A stretch of DNA of 64,000 nucleotides from Asterias rubens (taxonomy: Eukaryota), in assembly GCF_902459465.1 (NCBI RefSeq), contig NC_047076.1, positions 13,268,001-13,332,000 of the forward strand, written 5' to 3'. Each line of letters opens with the position of its first letter. Within the stretch, counting starts at the first letter, position 1. The position numbers and the translations under genes were made by a program. Positions 10,787 to 22,371 of the stretch are shown here, piece after piece. The notes beneath the pieces were generated by a model. That model ran no database searches and had not been told where the DNA came from. It saw only the letters and a program-made list of their open reading frames with translations.

Positions 10787-11413
10787 AAAGTAAGTCCCAG
10801 GTAGGAAGATTTGGGTATATAAAAGAAATATCTCCTTTCGAATGTTCAATTGAATGGGATTTTATTCATTGAAAAAAAGAATTGATAAAGGAATTTTATG
10901 TACACAATTTTAGTTGTTATTTCTAACATAATTGAGTTGTGGTATTTTGAAAATTATCATCCTTTTTAAAGACATCCTCTACGAAACTGTAGACATGATC
11001 ATAAATCAAGTCAATAAAGGTTATTTTTTAATCCTTAGATATTTAATATCAAATATTTAAAAAAAATTACAATTCTTATCTTTGCATTTAGGGTTAGATT
11101 CGTCCTACAACTTCCTTTAATTTTGTGCTTTGCAAAAACCTCTTGCAAATGACGTCACAAAACTGAAACGGCACCCTCACTGAGTAGATCACTAAAGGAT
11201 AGTCATTGGTTGACAGTTGTATGCAGCGCGTGCATGCGAGACGTGTTTCAACTTTGACCTCAGTGATGGCGGCAGTGCAAGGGGGTTTACATGTAAACCA
11301 CTTTGATCTTCTTAATTTACTTCTACCACATGTGTACCACTTCTGGACACTATTGGTCACTCTCCAAATAATATTGTTAGCATAAAAAAAATTGATACTT
11401 ATATACTTGGTAA

Positions 11414-11999
11414 CTTTTGTTTTTACTTTTTACTTATNNNNNNNNNNNNNNNNNNNNNNNNNNNNNNNNNNNNNNNNNNNNNNNNNNNNNNNNNNNNNNN
11501 NNNNNNNNNNNNNNNNNNNNNNNNNNNNNNNNNNNNNNNNNNNNNNNNNNNNNNNNNNNNNNNNNNNNNNNNNNNNNNNNNNNNNNNNNNNNNNNNNNNN
11601 NNNNNNNNNNNNNNNNTTTTTAGACTGTTAGAGGAACCGTCGTTTGAAACCTTTGTGTCTCTTGCAAATTTTGTATTCTTATGTTTCTTTATTGCTGGTT
11701 AAGTTTATTATTTGCTTGATGGGAGGTGGTGGGGCTATTTTGCATTTGTACTTATTTTGCGTCCCTGCTTTTAACTATATTTCTGTTTTTGTCTTAATAT
11801 TCTTAATGTCTTTATAGATTTATTGTAAATAATTATAGACTTTTATGGCTAGGGATATTGGAATTGAAGGCCTTCGGGCCACAGTTTTTAGGTAAACTTT
11901 TAATTCCAAGAATATTCCCCTGGCTTTTGTTTTGTACTGTATATGTTTGTACTTTGTATGTGTTTTATGCCGAATAGATAATAATAATAATAATAATAA
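11414..11999 (+). mobile_element. Retroelement 3' fragment with a (TAA)n tail nested inside a Kolobok-type MITE; spans a gap
   Basis: The MITE is uninterrupted in copy 2 (GGTAAC|AAGCAATGG near 21129) but split here by T-rich sequence ending GAATAG(ATA)n, with TAAC duplicated at both sides. Confidence 0.55.
11438..11616. other. Assembly gap (N run)
   Basis: Ns in the sequence. Confidence 1.
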
Positions 12000-12769
12000 C
12001 AAGCAAAGGAGAGCTTTTGGTAGTATAAAACATTGTGAAAAACAGCCCCCTCTGAAGTAACGTAGTGTTTGAGAAAGGAATAATTTCACACATCAAATAT
12101 TTGAATTGATTTTGAGACCTCAGCTGGGGTCCCGAATTCAAGCATCTGAAAGCACACAACTTCGTGCGACAAGCAGGGTGGTTTTCTTCCATTATTCTCT
12201 TGCAACTTCAACGACCATTGAACTAAAAATTTCACATGTTTGTTAATAAGCATGTTTAGATTCACGACTGGTCTTTGACAATTACCAAAGGTGACCAATG
12301 CTTTAACACAACACACGGTGTAGGTAAACCCAAATTCTTAACATTTTCATATAAATGTTGTACTAAAAGGAAAGTGAAATCGCTAAGCTTCAAATAAGCT
12401 TTTAAAGCAAAAAATTGTTCACGGTTTTCTTTTAAGATTCCAAAGTTTAAGGTTTCAAGTTATCAAATTTTTTAAAATTGAGGTCAACATTTGTACATCA
12501 ACATTTTGTTATATATGACTTACAGTTAATTAACATTTGAAAAACATCGTTTTGCATTGGTAATTAAGTTACCAAATAAAATACCAATACCGGTATTTAA
12601 ATTCTTGTAAATATCTTAAATTAACAGTTTGTGTGGACAGAGCAGATTAAAACACTAAGCTTGATGTGATGATCCTAAGAAATGAATACTTTTCTCTTTT
12701 CTTTTATCGGAATATTACACACTGTAACCCCTACCAGTCCCAAGTCAAAGGTCAAATAAGGTTTTTAGT

Positions 12770-13180
12770 AGCCTCTTTAAATATCCATGTGCCCCCTGGA
12801 TTTTGAATGGCCTCTTTAAATATCCATGTGGCCCACTGGATTTTGAATTGCTTCTTTAAATATCCATGTGTCCCCCCTGAATGTTGAATAGCCTCTTTAG
12901 ATGTTCACGTGTCCCCTGGATTTTGAATGGCCTCTTATAGTATACATGTGTCCCCTGGATTTTGAATAGCTTCCTTAAATATCCTTGTGCCCCCCCCCTG
13001 TATTTTGAAAAACCATGTGTCCCCCTGGATTTTGAATTGCCTCTTTGAATATCCATGTGTCCCTAGCTAGCTGGATAGCCTTCCTTATCCTTGTGCCCCA
13101 TCCGGACCCTCTGTATTTTGAATGGCCTCTTTAAATATTCATATGTCCCCTGGATTTTGAATGGCTTCTTGAAGTATCCT
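12770..13180 (+). repeat. ~39-bp minisatellite (GTGTCCCCTGGATTTTGAATGGCCTCTTTAAATATCCAT). Homolog at 21890-22320 and remnant at 13630-13715
   Basis: Unit counted directly. It lies just downstream of the FReD stop codon on the minus strand. Confidence 0.9.
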
Positions 13181-13224
13181 TAAATGCGCCGCCAATTCAC
13201 ACCCGATACCCAAATCTAGGCCTA

Positions 13225-13481
13225 TCAGACTCGCGGTCTGATCATCATCACCGATGACTTGAGTGAGTATCCATACCCATGGAACGGGAACCAGACTACT
13301 CCCTTAGCATTCTGTCCTGCCGGTACAATACCACCTAAATATTTGCCATTGAGATTGGAGTTATGACATGAGGAATACCACCAGGCTCCTGTGTACTCCT
13401 GAGCACAGTTACCGTGCCAAAGGTCATTGTCGTGGTCAAAGGTCGAGAATTGCTGGCCATTGTGGGCAGAGTGGGCGTCAC
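13225..13481 (-). pseudogene. Orphan duplicate of the terminal exon of the FReD gene at 22372-25325
   Basis: 257-nt exon with intact AG acceptor and stop codon, differing from 22372-22628 at 6 positions by my alignment. Upstream exons are absent because homology stops at ~13635. Confidence 0.8.
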
Positions 13482-14105
13482 CTACACACAAAAAAGAAGC
13501 AAAAGTTATTACAAAACTTAGTTTTAGAATCCAAGTTGGAATTTCTTGAGTTGTCAGGGTGCGTTTTTCGGTCGTGATCAATGGGAGACTTTAGAACGGC
13601 AGGTGGCAGCAGACTAACCAGGTATCCATTTTGAATGACCTCTTTAAGAATACATGAGTTCCACTGGACCTTTAATGGCCCCTTTAACTATCCCGCTAGA
13701 TCCAGTGATTCCCATTGGATATAATGCACGTGCAGTGACATGTAGAGGCCGAAATAGTCACTGCTCTCAAGTCCGCAACTAAATTTGACTGGTATCATGT
13801 GAAACGACAGAGGTCAGAGGTCAAAATACACGCCGGTTTTGCAAATTGGCGTTATTCACGAGTCTCGACTCGAAGAATGACGTCAGACGTTCAGGCCACC
13901 CTGACCCAAGAGCTCACTCTCTCCCTAGCCCTCTCGTAGTAACGGCATGCATTTTGGGTTACCCCCAAGTGACCCACTCCACAAGCAAGACACCGGGGGC
14001 AGACCCGGGTGAGCCCCTGGAATGACGTCAAAGCTATTCGAACGCATGCACCAAAGGCAGACCGGGGTCGACCCAACGAAGCTAAACGAACGGACCGACC
14101 GACAG

Positions 14106-14400
14106 CCGATGACTTGAGTAAGTATCCATAATATGTACTTTAAAAGCCGTAACCCGCGCCATCTTGGATTGAAATTAGAAGGTCCAATGGCATGGCATCC
14201 TTGTGGAATTCAACATGATAGAGTCGTTTCAGACGTCTACAAAAAACTGACCGTCCGAACTCCTCTTACGAGTTGTCTGATTGGATGGAGTCACGAGCTA
14301 TATCTCCTTACATGTGTGGTTGTCTGGTTTTGATATGGGCCACCTGTTGGTCTAGTCCCCATTAAACGGGAACCAGACTGCTCCCTTCTGTCCTGCCGGT
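14106..14400 (-). pseudogene. Degraded, interrupted FReD terminal-exon remnant
   Basis: Minus strand 14361-14400 reads PAGQKGAVWFPFNG (cf. PAGQNAKGVVWFPFHG) and 14106-14130 reads YGYLLKSS (cf. YGYSLKSS). The two pieces are separated by about 230 bp of unrelated sequence. Confidence 0.6.
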
Positions 14401-15510
14401 GTTGCTGAGATTCGATCCCCCAAAACGGCAAGCATTGGGTGCTTTCGTTTAGCTTCCCTGGGTCGACTCCGGTCTGCCCCCGGTGCGCTCGAAATACGAG
14501 AGCGGTGAGTGGTCGTTCGTTTAGCCCTTGTCAGGGGCTCACCCGAGTGAGCACCGCGGGGTAGACCCAGGGAAGCTAATCAAACGCACCATGTCTACAA
14601 ACTTATTCTGACAGCGCCCTCTTTTACGTGCGCCTTGTTTAAAGGCTATATTTTGCCTAGTAGAAGTAGGTCACACTTATTGTAAACTTTCTCTTTTATT
14701 TGAAGTGACTCATAAAAATGTGTTGTAGTTGGTGCGAACATGATCCAGGCAAATCTAAACAGCAACCAGGATGCAGAAAACAATGAGGTAAATTCTAGGA
14801 AGTTTGCGACATCGTCATGGTTGCTTCAGCTTCGCTTAAAGACAGGGACACTATTGGTAATTGTTTAAGACCAGTCTTCTGACCAGGTTTAAGACCAGTT
14901 GGTGTATCTCAACATATGCATAAAATAACAAACCTGTGAAAATTTGAGCTCAATCGGTCGTCGAAATTGCCAGATAATAAAGGAAGAAAAACACCCTTGT
15001 CACACAGGGGGACGAAAAAAGGGAAGAAGGAGGGGCTTTTTTTTTTCTTTTCTTTTTTTCAAGATGGCCGCCACCTATTTTTTTCTTCTACTGTTCAAAC
15101 ACACAATACACAAATGAAACATGTTGGACAAGACATTAAACAAAAAGTTATTTGTTGTTTTTTAAGTGGCTGCCCGACACAGCTGTTAAGTTAAATTGCT
15201 GGGCTATTCCACAAAACTCTTTTCTTGCTGAGACCGTTTAAATATGCAAACAATAAATCCTTTTTCCGTTTACAAAAAAACCATAAAAAATGTATATACA
15301 TTTTTTTTTAAATGAGGAAAAAGTAGGCGGCCTCTTTAAAGGAAGTGGGCAAGGACGCTTTGTCTACTTGTCCTTAATATCGCAATTTTGTTCTGTTGAG
15401 AAGTTTTGAAAGGCATTCAAAGCCGAGAGAAAAGTTATTGATATAGAATTTGACCTTCGTGTGTGCAGTGCATTCCAAATGAAAACAGTTGTTGTATATT
15501 ACAATGATGT

Positions 15511-15520
15511 GGGATTTTCC
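15511..15520 (+). promoter_or_regulatory. NF-kappaB/Rel consensus site (GGGATTTTCC) upstream of paralog B
   Basis: Matches GGGRNWYYCC, 210 bp before the ATG, at the position homologous to the paralog A site. Confidence 0.45.
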
Positions 15521-15720
15521 CCTTGAAGCACCTTTACAGCAGGCTTATAAAAACGCCCTACAAAACTATCCCACGTTCATTTCCCTCCCGGACGTGCATT
15601 GTGAGCGGTTGTATAGTTAACTTTACTTCTAAGAATATAACTACCACTTGATCACTGATCAATTTAATCAGTTTATTCTGTCAAGTCATCATCAATCTTC
15701 CTAAAGCTACGACTCAATTG

Positions 15721-18700
15721 ATGATGGGGCTTCTTCAGACTTCTTCCAAGATGGTTGTGATGATATTTGCTCTTCTTGTTGCAGCTACATTAGGTAAGTG
15801 TGGGGCACCATGGCTAGATGTTAAAATTATCTTTCGTCAGAAAACATTAAACCACTATACTTATCCACCACCACTTCTCTGTTTAAATACACACTGGGCA
15901 CTATTGGTAATTGTCAAAACCACACTTCTCACTTTGTGTATCTCAACACATGCATAAAATGTCAAACCAGTGAAAATTTGAGCTCAATTGGTCGTCGAAG
16001 TTGTGTGCTTTTAGATGTTTGGTTTCGGGACTCAAACAGAGGTCTCGAAATCAAATTAATTTTTGTTTAGTAATAAATAACTTCTTCAACTATATACACG
16101 TCACTTCAGAGGGAACCGTTTCTCATAATGTTTGATACTCTCAACATCTCTCAATTGCTTTTTATCAAGTAAGTTTTTTATGCTAACAACTATTTTGAGT
16201 AATAGTGTCCAGGGCCTTTAAAGTTAAAAAAATATACTGAAATGATACTTGAGTATATAAAATGTGTTTTTGATCTGTGAGCTTTCGACTGATATGTGTG
16301 TGCCTACATGAGAAAACGAAACGCTTTCTTTCGGGTAATGAAAAAGAAACGAAAATGTAACCAGTATACAATTGTTTCTTGTTGTAGCCGACAACGTTGA
16401 TGACCTTTGCCCCTCGGCGGATATGACGTCAGGAACGGGGGACGTTCAGCTGGTAAACTCTTACCTATCCGTTGATGGTGTCGAAAACGCGCTTCCGCTG
16501 TGTGGCATGCAGTACATGGTACCAGTTAAGGCAACTTTGTATCAAGGAATGCTTGCTGCTAGTCAACAACAAGGAAGCAATTTCATGTAAGAAAACAAAC
16601 ATCAAAAATAAAATTAAGAACGGAATGAAAGAGAAATAACAAAGAATGAAACACCCATTCTCTGTAGACAAACAGACGCACACACGCACTCAAGCTTGTT
16701 TACACCTGGCAACCGTGGACCTCCTATAATTGTCTTTTGTACACGTTTGCAACCTAACCGTGAACCTTTGCCGAACGTGGAGTTATTTTCCCCCTTTGTT
16801 ATAGGTGACTGGTTTGAATGTGTATCCTCAAATTTTTCAGCAACCATCTTAAGTGTTATATATTATTCTACATCACCTTATTTACGTAAACGGTGAGCAG
16901 GTGTGTACCCCTAACATGCGGACATACATTTCTTTTTACCCCCTTTGAATTTCTGTTTTTTTAGACGCAATTTTCCCGGCTGGTATTAATTATACATTAT
17001 ATATTTTATTTTTTATCGCAATCGATGTCCTTTCAGGTTTACAATCGGTCCAGTGCATCCAACTTACGGACACTTTATTGAATCAATCAATAGTGTTTCT
17101 TCAAACGATCCGTTTTACTGGATTCTGTTTGAAAACGCAACCAAGATGTCTTCGCAAGTGGGTAAGTTGGACTTATCTTTATACATAGCGATTGGTTCAC
17201 ATAGTATTGATACTCGTTGTCCATTGGTTGACTATGTCACCTGATATTAATACGCTTTCTCCATTGGTTGATCGAATGTCACGCGGTATTGATACTCTTT
17301 GTCCATTGGTTGATCTAATGTCACATGTTCTTTGTCCATTGGTTGACCTTATACCACGTGATATTAATGCTCTTGGTCCATTGTTTGATATAATGTCACG
17401 TGGTATTAATACTCTTTCTCCATTGGTTGATGTAATGTCACACGGCATTGATACTCTTCGTCCATTGTACTCTAATGTCACATGATATTGATAGTCTTTG
17501 TCCATTGGTTGATCTTCTATCAATAGTGTTAATACTTTTCGTCCATTGGTTGATTTAATGTCACACGGTACTCATACTCTTTGTCCATTGGTTGATCGAA
17601 TATCACATGGTATTGGTACTCTTTGTCAATTGGTTTATCTAATGTCACATGATACGAATCCGATTCTGTTTTTTTTCTTTTCTCTCAGGTGTTGACTTTA
17701 TTGACATCACTAGCGAAAGCGCTTACCTCTGGCAGTACGTAAATACATCTGCTGGCCATGATTCAAACTACACTGGTAAGGACTATGTCAAGTTTAATTT
17801 TGTAGGCACAACACCGCACCTATCGAACTAGTTGTTGCAACGAAAGCCATGCATGTTTAAATGTATTAGTTAGTCTTAAAGTGCCACCACTACCCTTTTT
17901 AAGTTTGGACATTGTATAAACGTAGCGCTGTGACGTCTTCTTGATTGATCTATTGTTCCTCATTGATGTACACTTCCAACTCTGCCTAATATGCTCAGCA
18001 TGAAATATCTTCCTTGTTCAAAACAGGCTTACAAACCAAATTTCCAGTTGGTGCATATTGCTTGTCACTGGTATTCAGCTGTTGTTTGCTTATCCTAAAA
18101 ACGTGGAAATTTGGTTGGTAATCCTGTTTTTATCAAAGGGAGAAACTTCATGCTTACAGGTTATGAAATTGGGCCCAGGTATTAAAGTCACCTGGAAGTG
18201 GTATTTTTCAAAATAAAGCTTTTGTCACTAATATATGAGTTTTGATGAGTGGAATGTGAATAAACAGTTAACTAAGGTTTTAAACAATCAGTTCTTATGT
18301 TATTTACAAATTTAAGAGTAGACCCCGACCCGAGAGGGCGCTGTTCGTGACGTAAATCAAGGCAGACTTTGCCTGTAATGCGTAGAGTGAACACAGTTGC
18401 AAAGTTCATGTACGGACCAAGTCGTGAGTTTGTACGTTTAAAAAAAAATAAAAAATGTTTTTTGAAATGTACCAATTCACGACTTGGACGTACATGTACT
18501 TTGCACGTGTGTTTACTATACGCATTGCAGGCAAAGTCTGCCTCGATTGACGTCACAAAAGGGGTAGGCGGAGTCAGCCCCCCAAACAACTTTATATATT
18601 TTTTAAACATATAAATCGTGACAAACAATTACTAAACAAATTGTTTTATTGTTCGTAAGCATATACTCTTATGTTTGAAAGACAAAAAAATCTATTTCCA

Positions 18701-20561
18701 GGTGACTTTAAGTATTGGTTGAAGCTTTGCATGGTGTGGATACAATATTATGAGGAAACTGTATACATTATAATAGTAAACTTTCGAGTACAACCAATAA
18801 GAGGAGAAGGTACAGCCGTTTGTTGAAGACGAGCATAGTCTACTTTGAAACGTCGAGACCACAGCGGCTCTTCGAAGAGCCAACACTCACACAAAAGAGA
18901 TTTACATGGTTGTTCACGAAAGTTTACTATTAGTTTCTTCCTAGAGAGACCGATATTTGAAACTAACACATCGATGTTGACCTTGCTATTGTTACTTCAT
19001 GCAAGGTCAGTGCGGTGGTCCATCTGTGATTGCTCCAACCATGCCACTATTGTATAAAGTCGCGTTCCTGACCTTCTCAAGCGAAAACACCAACGATGGC
19101 TTCGAACAAGTCTGTAAGCGACCTGTTTTGATCCAAGCCACTGGTACTACGGCATTCGATCTTCTCCAAGACGCAAATGACCAGTTACCAATCTATGTCA
19201 AGTAAGTGTACCAACCAAAATTAACAAGCTTTATCCCAGGTGCAAATGTTTTAAATCGTTGTGGTTCCCGTTGCTAAAACATAGAATTCGAACTGCCTTT
19301 AACTACCGGGAAATCTCGGTGGTCTATAGTTGGTAAAGACATCTTCTCTAGATTTTCAAAGGTCGTGGGTTCGAATCCCACCAGGTAATAAGCCTGCGAT
19401 TGTTTTTCCAAAGGTATATTGTACACAGTGCTAACACACATTGGTGCTAGGGTAAAACAAAAATTAATATACTATATTCCCATGGCAAATTAAACATCTT
19501 AAGTGTACACGTTTTTTTAAATTACAGTAATGCTTTGACGATAATGCACAACAGATTATTTTTTTATTTCGAATAGTAATTTGTGCGTGCATTTATTTTC
19601 TTCAAGGGCGGTTCTTGATATGCAAATGAACACAGTGACGGAGATTAACGGAGTGCCCAATGTCGACGGAAAAGCTTGGACTGGGTACTACGCGGGTTCC
19701 AATATGATGATACCTAACGGTAAGAGTTTTCATTAGTTATGAGGTTTAAAGAAATTCCAGATCGAGCAGCTGCACTAATACACGCCCTCTTGTGTCAGTT
19801 AATTGCGAGTCCAGTGAATTGCTGATCGGAACCCGAGCCTGAATATCTGTATGTCACAATTACGTTCCGATATAATCACCTTTGACCTCACATTACTTTA
19901 CATGGCGTTCATGGTTCTGGAAATTTGCGGTTAAATCCGACGTACATGGGTATACATAGCCAAGGTGCATGCTGGTCTAGCTAGCGATAAGGGCCCAATT
20001 TCAGAGAGCTGCTAAGCACAAAACATTTCTTAGCATGACATTTCTTCCTTGATAAAAACAAGATTACCAACCAAATTTTCTACGTGGGTTTTCAGCGGGA
20101 TAAGCAAACGACAGCTGCATACCAGTAACAAGCAATATGCAACACATTTGGTGGGTAATCCTGTTGTTGTCTAGGAAGAAATTTCATGCTAAGCAAAAGT
20201 TGGTGCTTAGCAGCTCTATGAAATTTGATTTGATATGAGGTTTGATCGCTAGCTAGACCAGCATGCACCTCATTCAATAGTAAGCGCGTGCTCAATGGAT
20301 GTTTTAATGCGAATAGGTCTTTGAAATGCATTTTGTAAATAATGTCATAACATGTCACATGAAATAATATACAGTTTGTTTTGTTTTTGCTTCATAGATC
20401 TGGCGATGACGAATGTCAGCAATGGGGATCATGTCGTCTTCCGTTATGAAGAAGTGGATGGTGAAAATGATCCTGGAAATGTTGGGGCGCCCTCTGCTGG
20501 TCAACACATCAATCTGCTCTATGCAGTGATGTTGTTGACAACGGTGATGCCTTTGATATAA
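15721..20561 (+). CDS. Paralog B of the GPI-anchored double transcobalamin-beta/DUF4430-domain protein (318 aa). Exons 15721-15793, 16388-16586, 17037-17161, 17689-17775, 19006-19201, 19607-19719, 20398-20561
   Basis: GT-AG introns, 957 nt open frame. Domain 1 core FTIGPVHPTYGHFIESINSVSSNDPFYWILFENATKMSSQVGVDFIDITSESAYLWQY matches the beta-domain pattern (YG.FI.SINGV...YW.....QVGV..Y). It has the same exon phases as paralog A and a GPI-like tail. Confidence 0.87.
17190..17650 (+). repeat. 42-bp minisatellite (CCATTGGTTGATCTAATGTCACATGGTATTGATACTCTTTGT), ~11 units. About 5-6 units at 7045-7265 and ~5 units at 23305-23490
   Basis: Unit counted directly. Confidence 0.9.
18182..18711. mobile_element. 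TTAA-flanked MITE (TTAAAGTCACCTGGAA..TTCCAGGTGACTTTAA) in intron 4 of paralog B
   Basis: TIRs and TTAA flanks. Absent from paralog A. Confidence 0.75.
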
Positions 20562-22371
20562 AAAGTAAGTCCCAGGTAGGAAGATTTGGGTATATAAATG
20601 ACATAATTATCTCGATTTGAATGTTCAATTGAATGGGATTTTATTCATTGAAAAAAGGAATTGATAAAGGAATTTTATGTACACAATTTTAGTTGTTATT
20701 TCTAACATAATTGAGTAGTGGTATTTTAAAAATTATTATCCTTTTAAAAGACATTCTCTACGAAACTGTAGACATGATCTTAAATCAAGTCAATAAAGGT
20801 TATTTTTTATTCCTTAGATATTTAATATCAAATGTTTTTACAAAATTACAATTGTTATCTTTGCATTTAGGGTTAGATTCGTCCTACAGCTTCCTTTAAT
20901 TTTGTGCTTTGCAAAACCCTTGCATATGATCAATAAAGGATAGTCATTGGCTGACAGTTGTGTGCGTATACGTGTTTCAACTTTGACCTCAGTGATGGCG
21001 GCAGTGCAAGGGAGTTTACATGTAAAACACTATGATCTTCTTAATTTACTTCTACCACATGTGTCTTAAAGGCACTGGACACTATTGGTCATTCTCCAAA
21101 TAATATTGTTAGCATAAATACTTACTTGGTAACAAGCAATGGAGAGCTTTTGGTAGTATAAAACATTGTGAGAAACAGCCCCCTCTGAAGTAGCGTAGTT
21201 TTTGAGAAAGGAATAATTTCACACATCAAATATTTGAATTGATTTTGAGACCTCAGCTGAGGTCCCGAATTCAAGCATCATAAAGCACATAACTTCGTGC
21301 GACAAGCAGGGTGTTTTTCTTCCATTATTCTCTTGCAACTTCAACGACCATTTAACTAAAAGTTTCACATGTTTGTTAATAAGCATGTTTAGATTCACGA
21401 CTGGTCTTTGACAATTACCAAAGGTGATCACTGCTTTAACACAACACACGGTGTAGGTAAACCCAAATTCTGACCATTATTTTTTATATAAATGTTGTAC
21501 TAAAAGGAAAGTGAAATCACTAAGCTTCAAATAAGCTTTTAAAGCAAAACATTTTTCACGGTTTTCGTTTAAGATTCCAAAGTTTAAAATTTCAAATAAT
21601 CAAAGTTTTGAGGTCAACATTTATACATCAACATTTTATTATCTATGACTTACAATTAATTAACATTTGAAAAACATCGTTTTGCATTGGTAATTAAGTT
21701 ACCAAATAAACTACCAATACCGGTATTTAAATTCATGTTAATATCTTAAATTAACAGTTTGTAGACAGAGCAGATTAAAACACTAAGCTGCGATGATCCT
21801 AAGAAATGAATACTTTTCTCTTTTCCTTATCGGAATATTACACACTGTAACCCCTACCCGTCCCAAGTCAAAGGTCAAATAAGGTTTTGAGTAGCCTCTT
21901 TAAATATCCACGTGCCCCCTGGATTTTGAATGGACTCTTTAGGTATACATGTGTCCCCCTGGATTTTGAATGGCCTCTTTAGGTGTTCACGTGTCCCCTG
22001 GATTATGAATGGCCTCTTATAGTATACATGTGTTCCCTGGATTTTGAATAGCTTCTTTAAATATCCTTGTGCCCCCCCCCCCTGTATTTGTAATGGCCTC
22101 TTTAAAAACCCATGTGTCCCCCTGGATTTTGAATTGCCTCTTTGAATATCCATGTGTCCCTAGCTGGCTGGATAGCCTTCCTTATCCTTGTGCCCCATCC
22201 GGACCCTCTGTATTTTGAATGGCCTCTTTAAATATTCATGTGTCCCCTGGATTTTGAATGCCTTCCTTAAATATCCTTGTGCCCCATCCGGATCCCCTGT
22301 ATTTTGAATGGCTTCTTGAAGTATCCTTAAATGCGCCGCCAATTCACACCCGATACCCAAATCTAGGCCTA

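Larger units (their letters stand above)
2930..13635 (+). repeat. Segmental tandem duplication, copy 1 (homologous to ~14650-22785)
   Basis: Colinear homology of an upstream block (2930-3200 vs 14650-14840), promoter, all 7 exons, 3' flank, 39-bp minisatellite and FReD terminal exon. It is interrupted by copy-specific insertions. Confidence 0.85.

Noticed and set aside
11392-11631. ORFs spanning N runs (also 60989-61852 and 63298-63758)
   Set aside because: Artefacts of gaps or antisense to the retrotransposon.
17190-17650. CRISPR-like appearance of the 42-, 39- and 44-bp repeat arrays
   Set aside because: Units are contiguous with no unique spacers, the context is eukaryotic and there are no cas genes. 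These are minisatellites.
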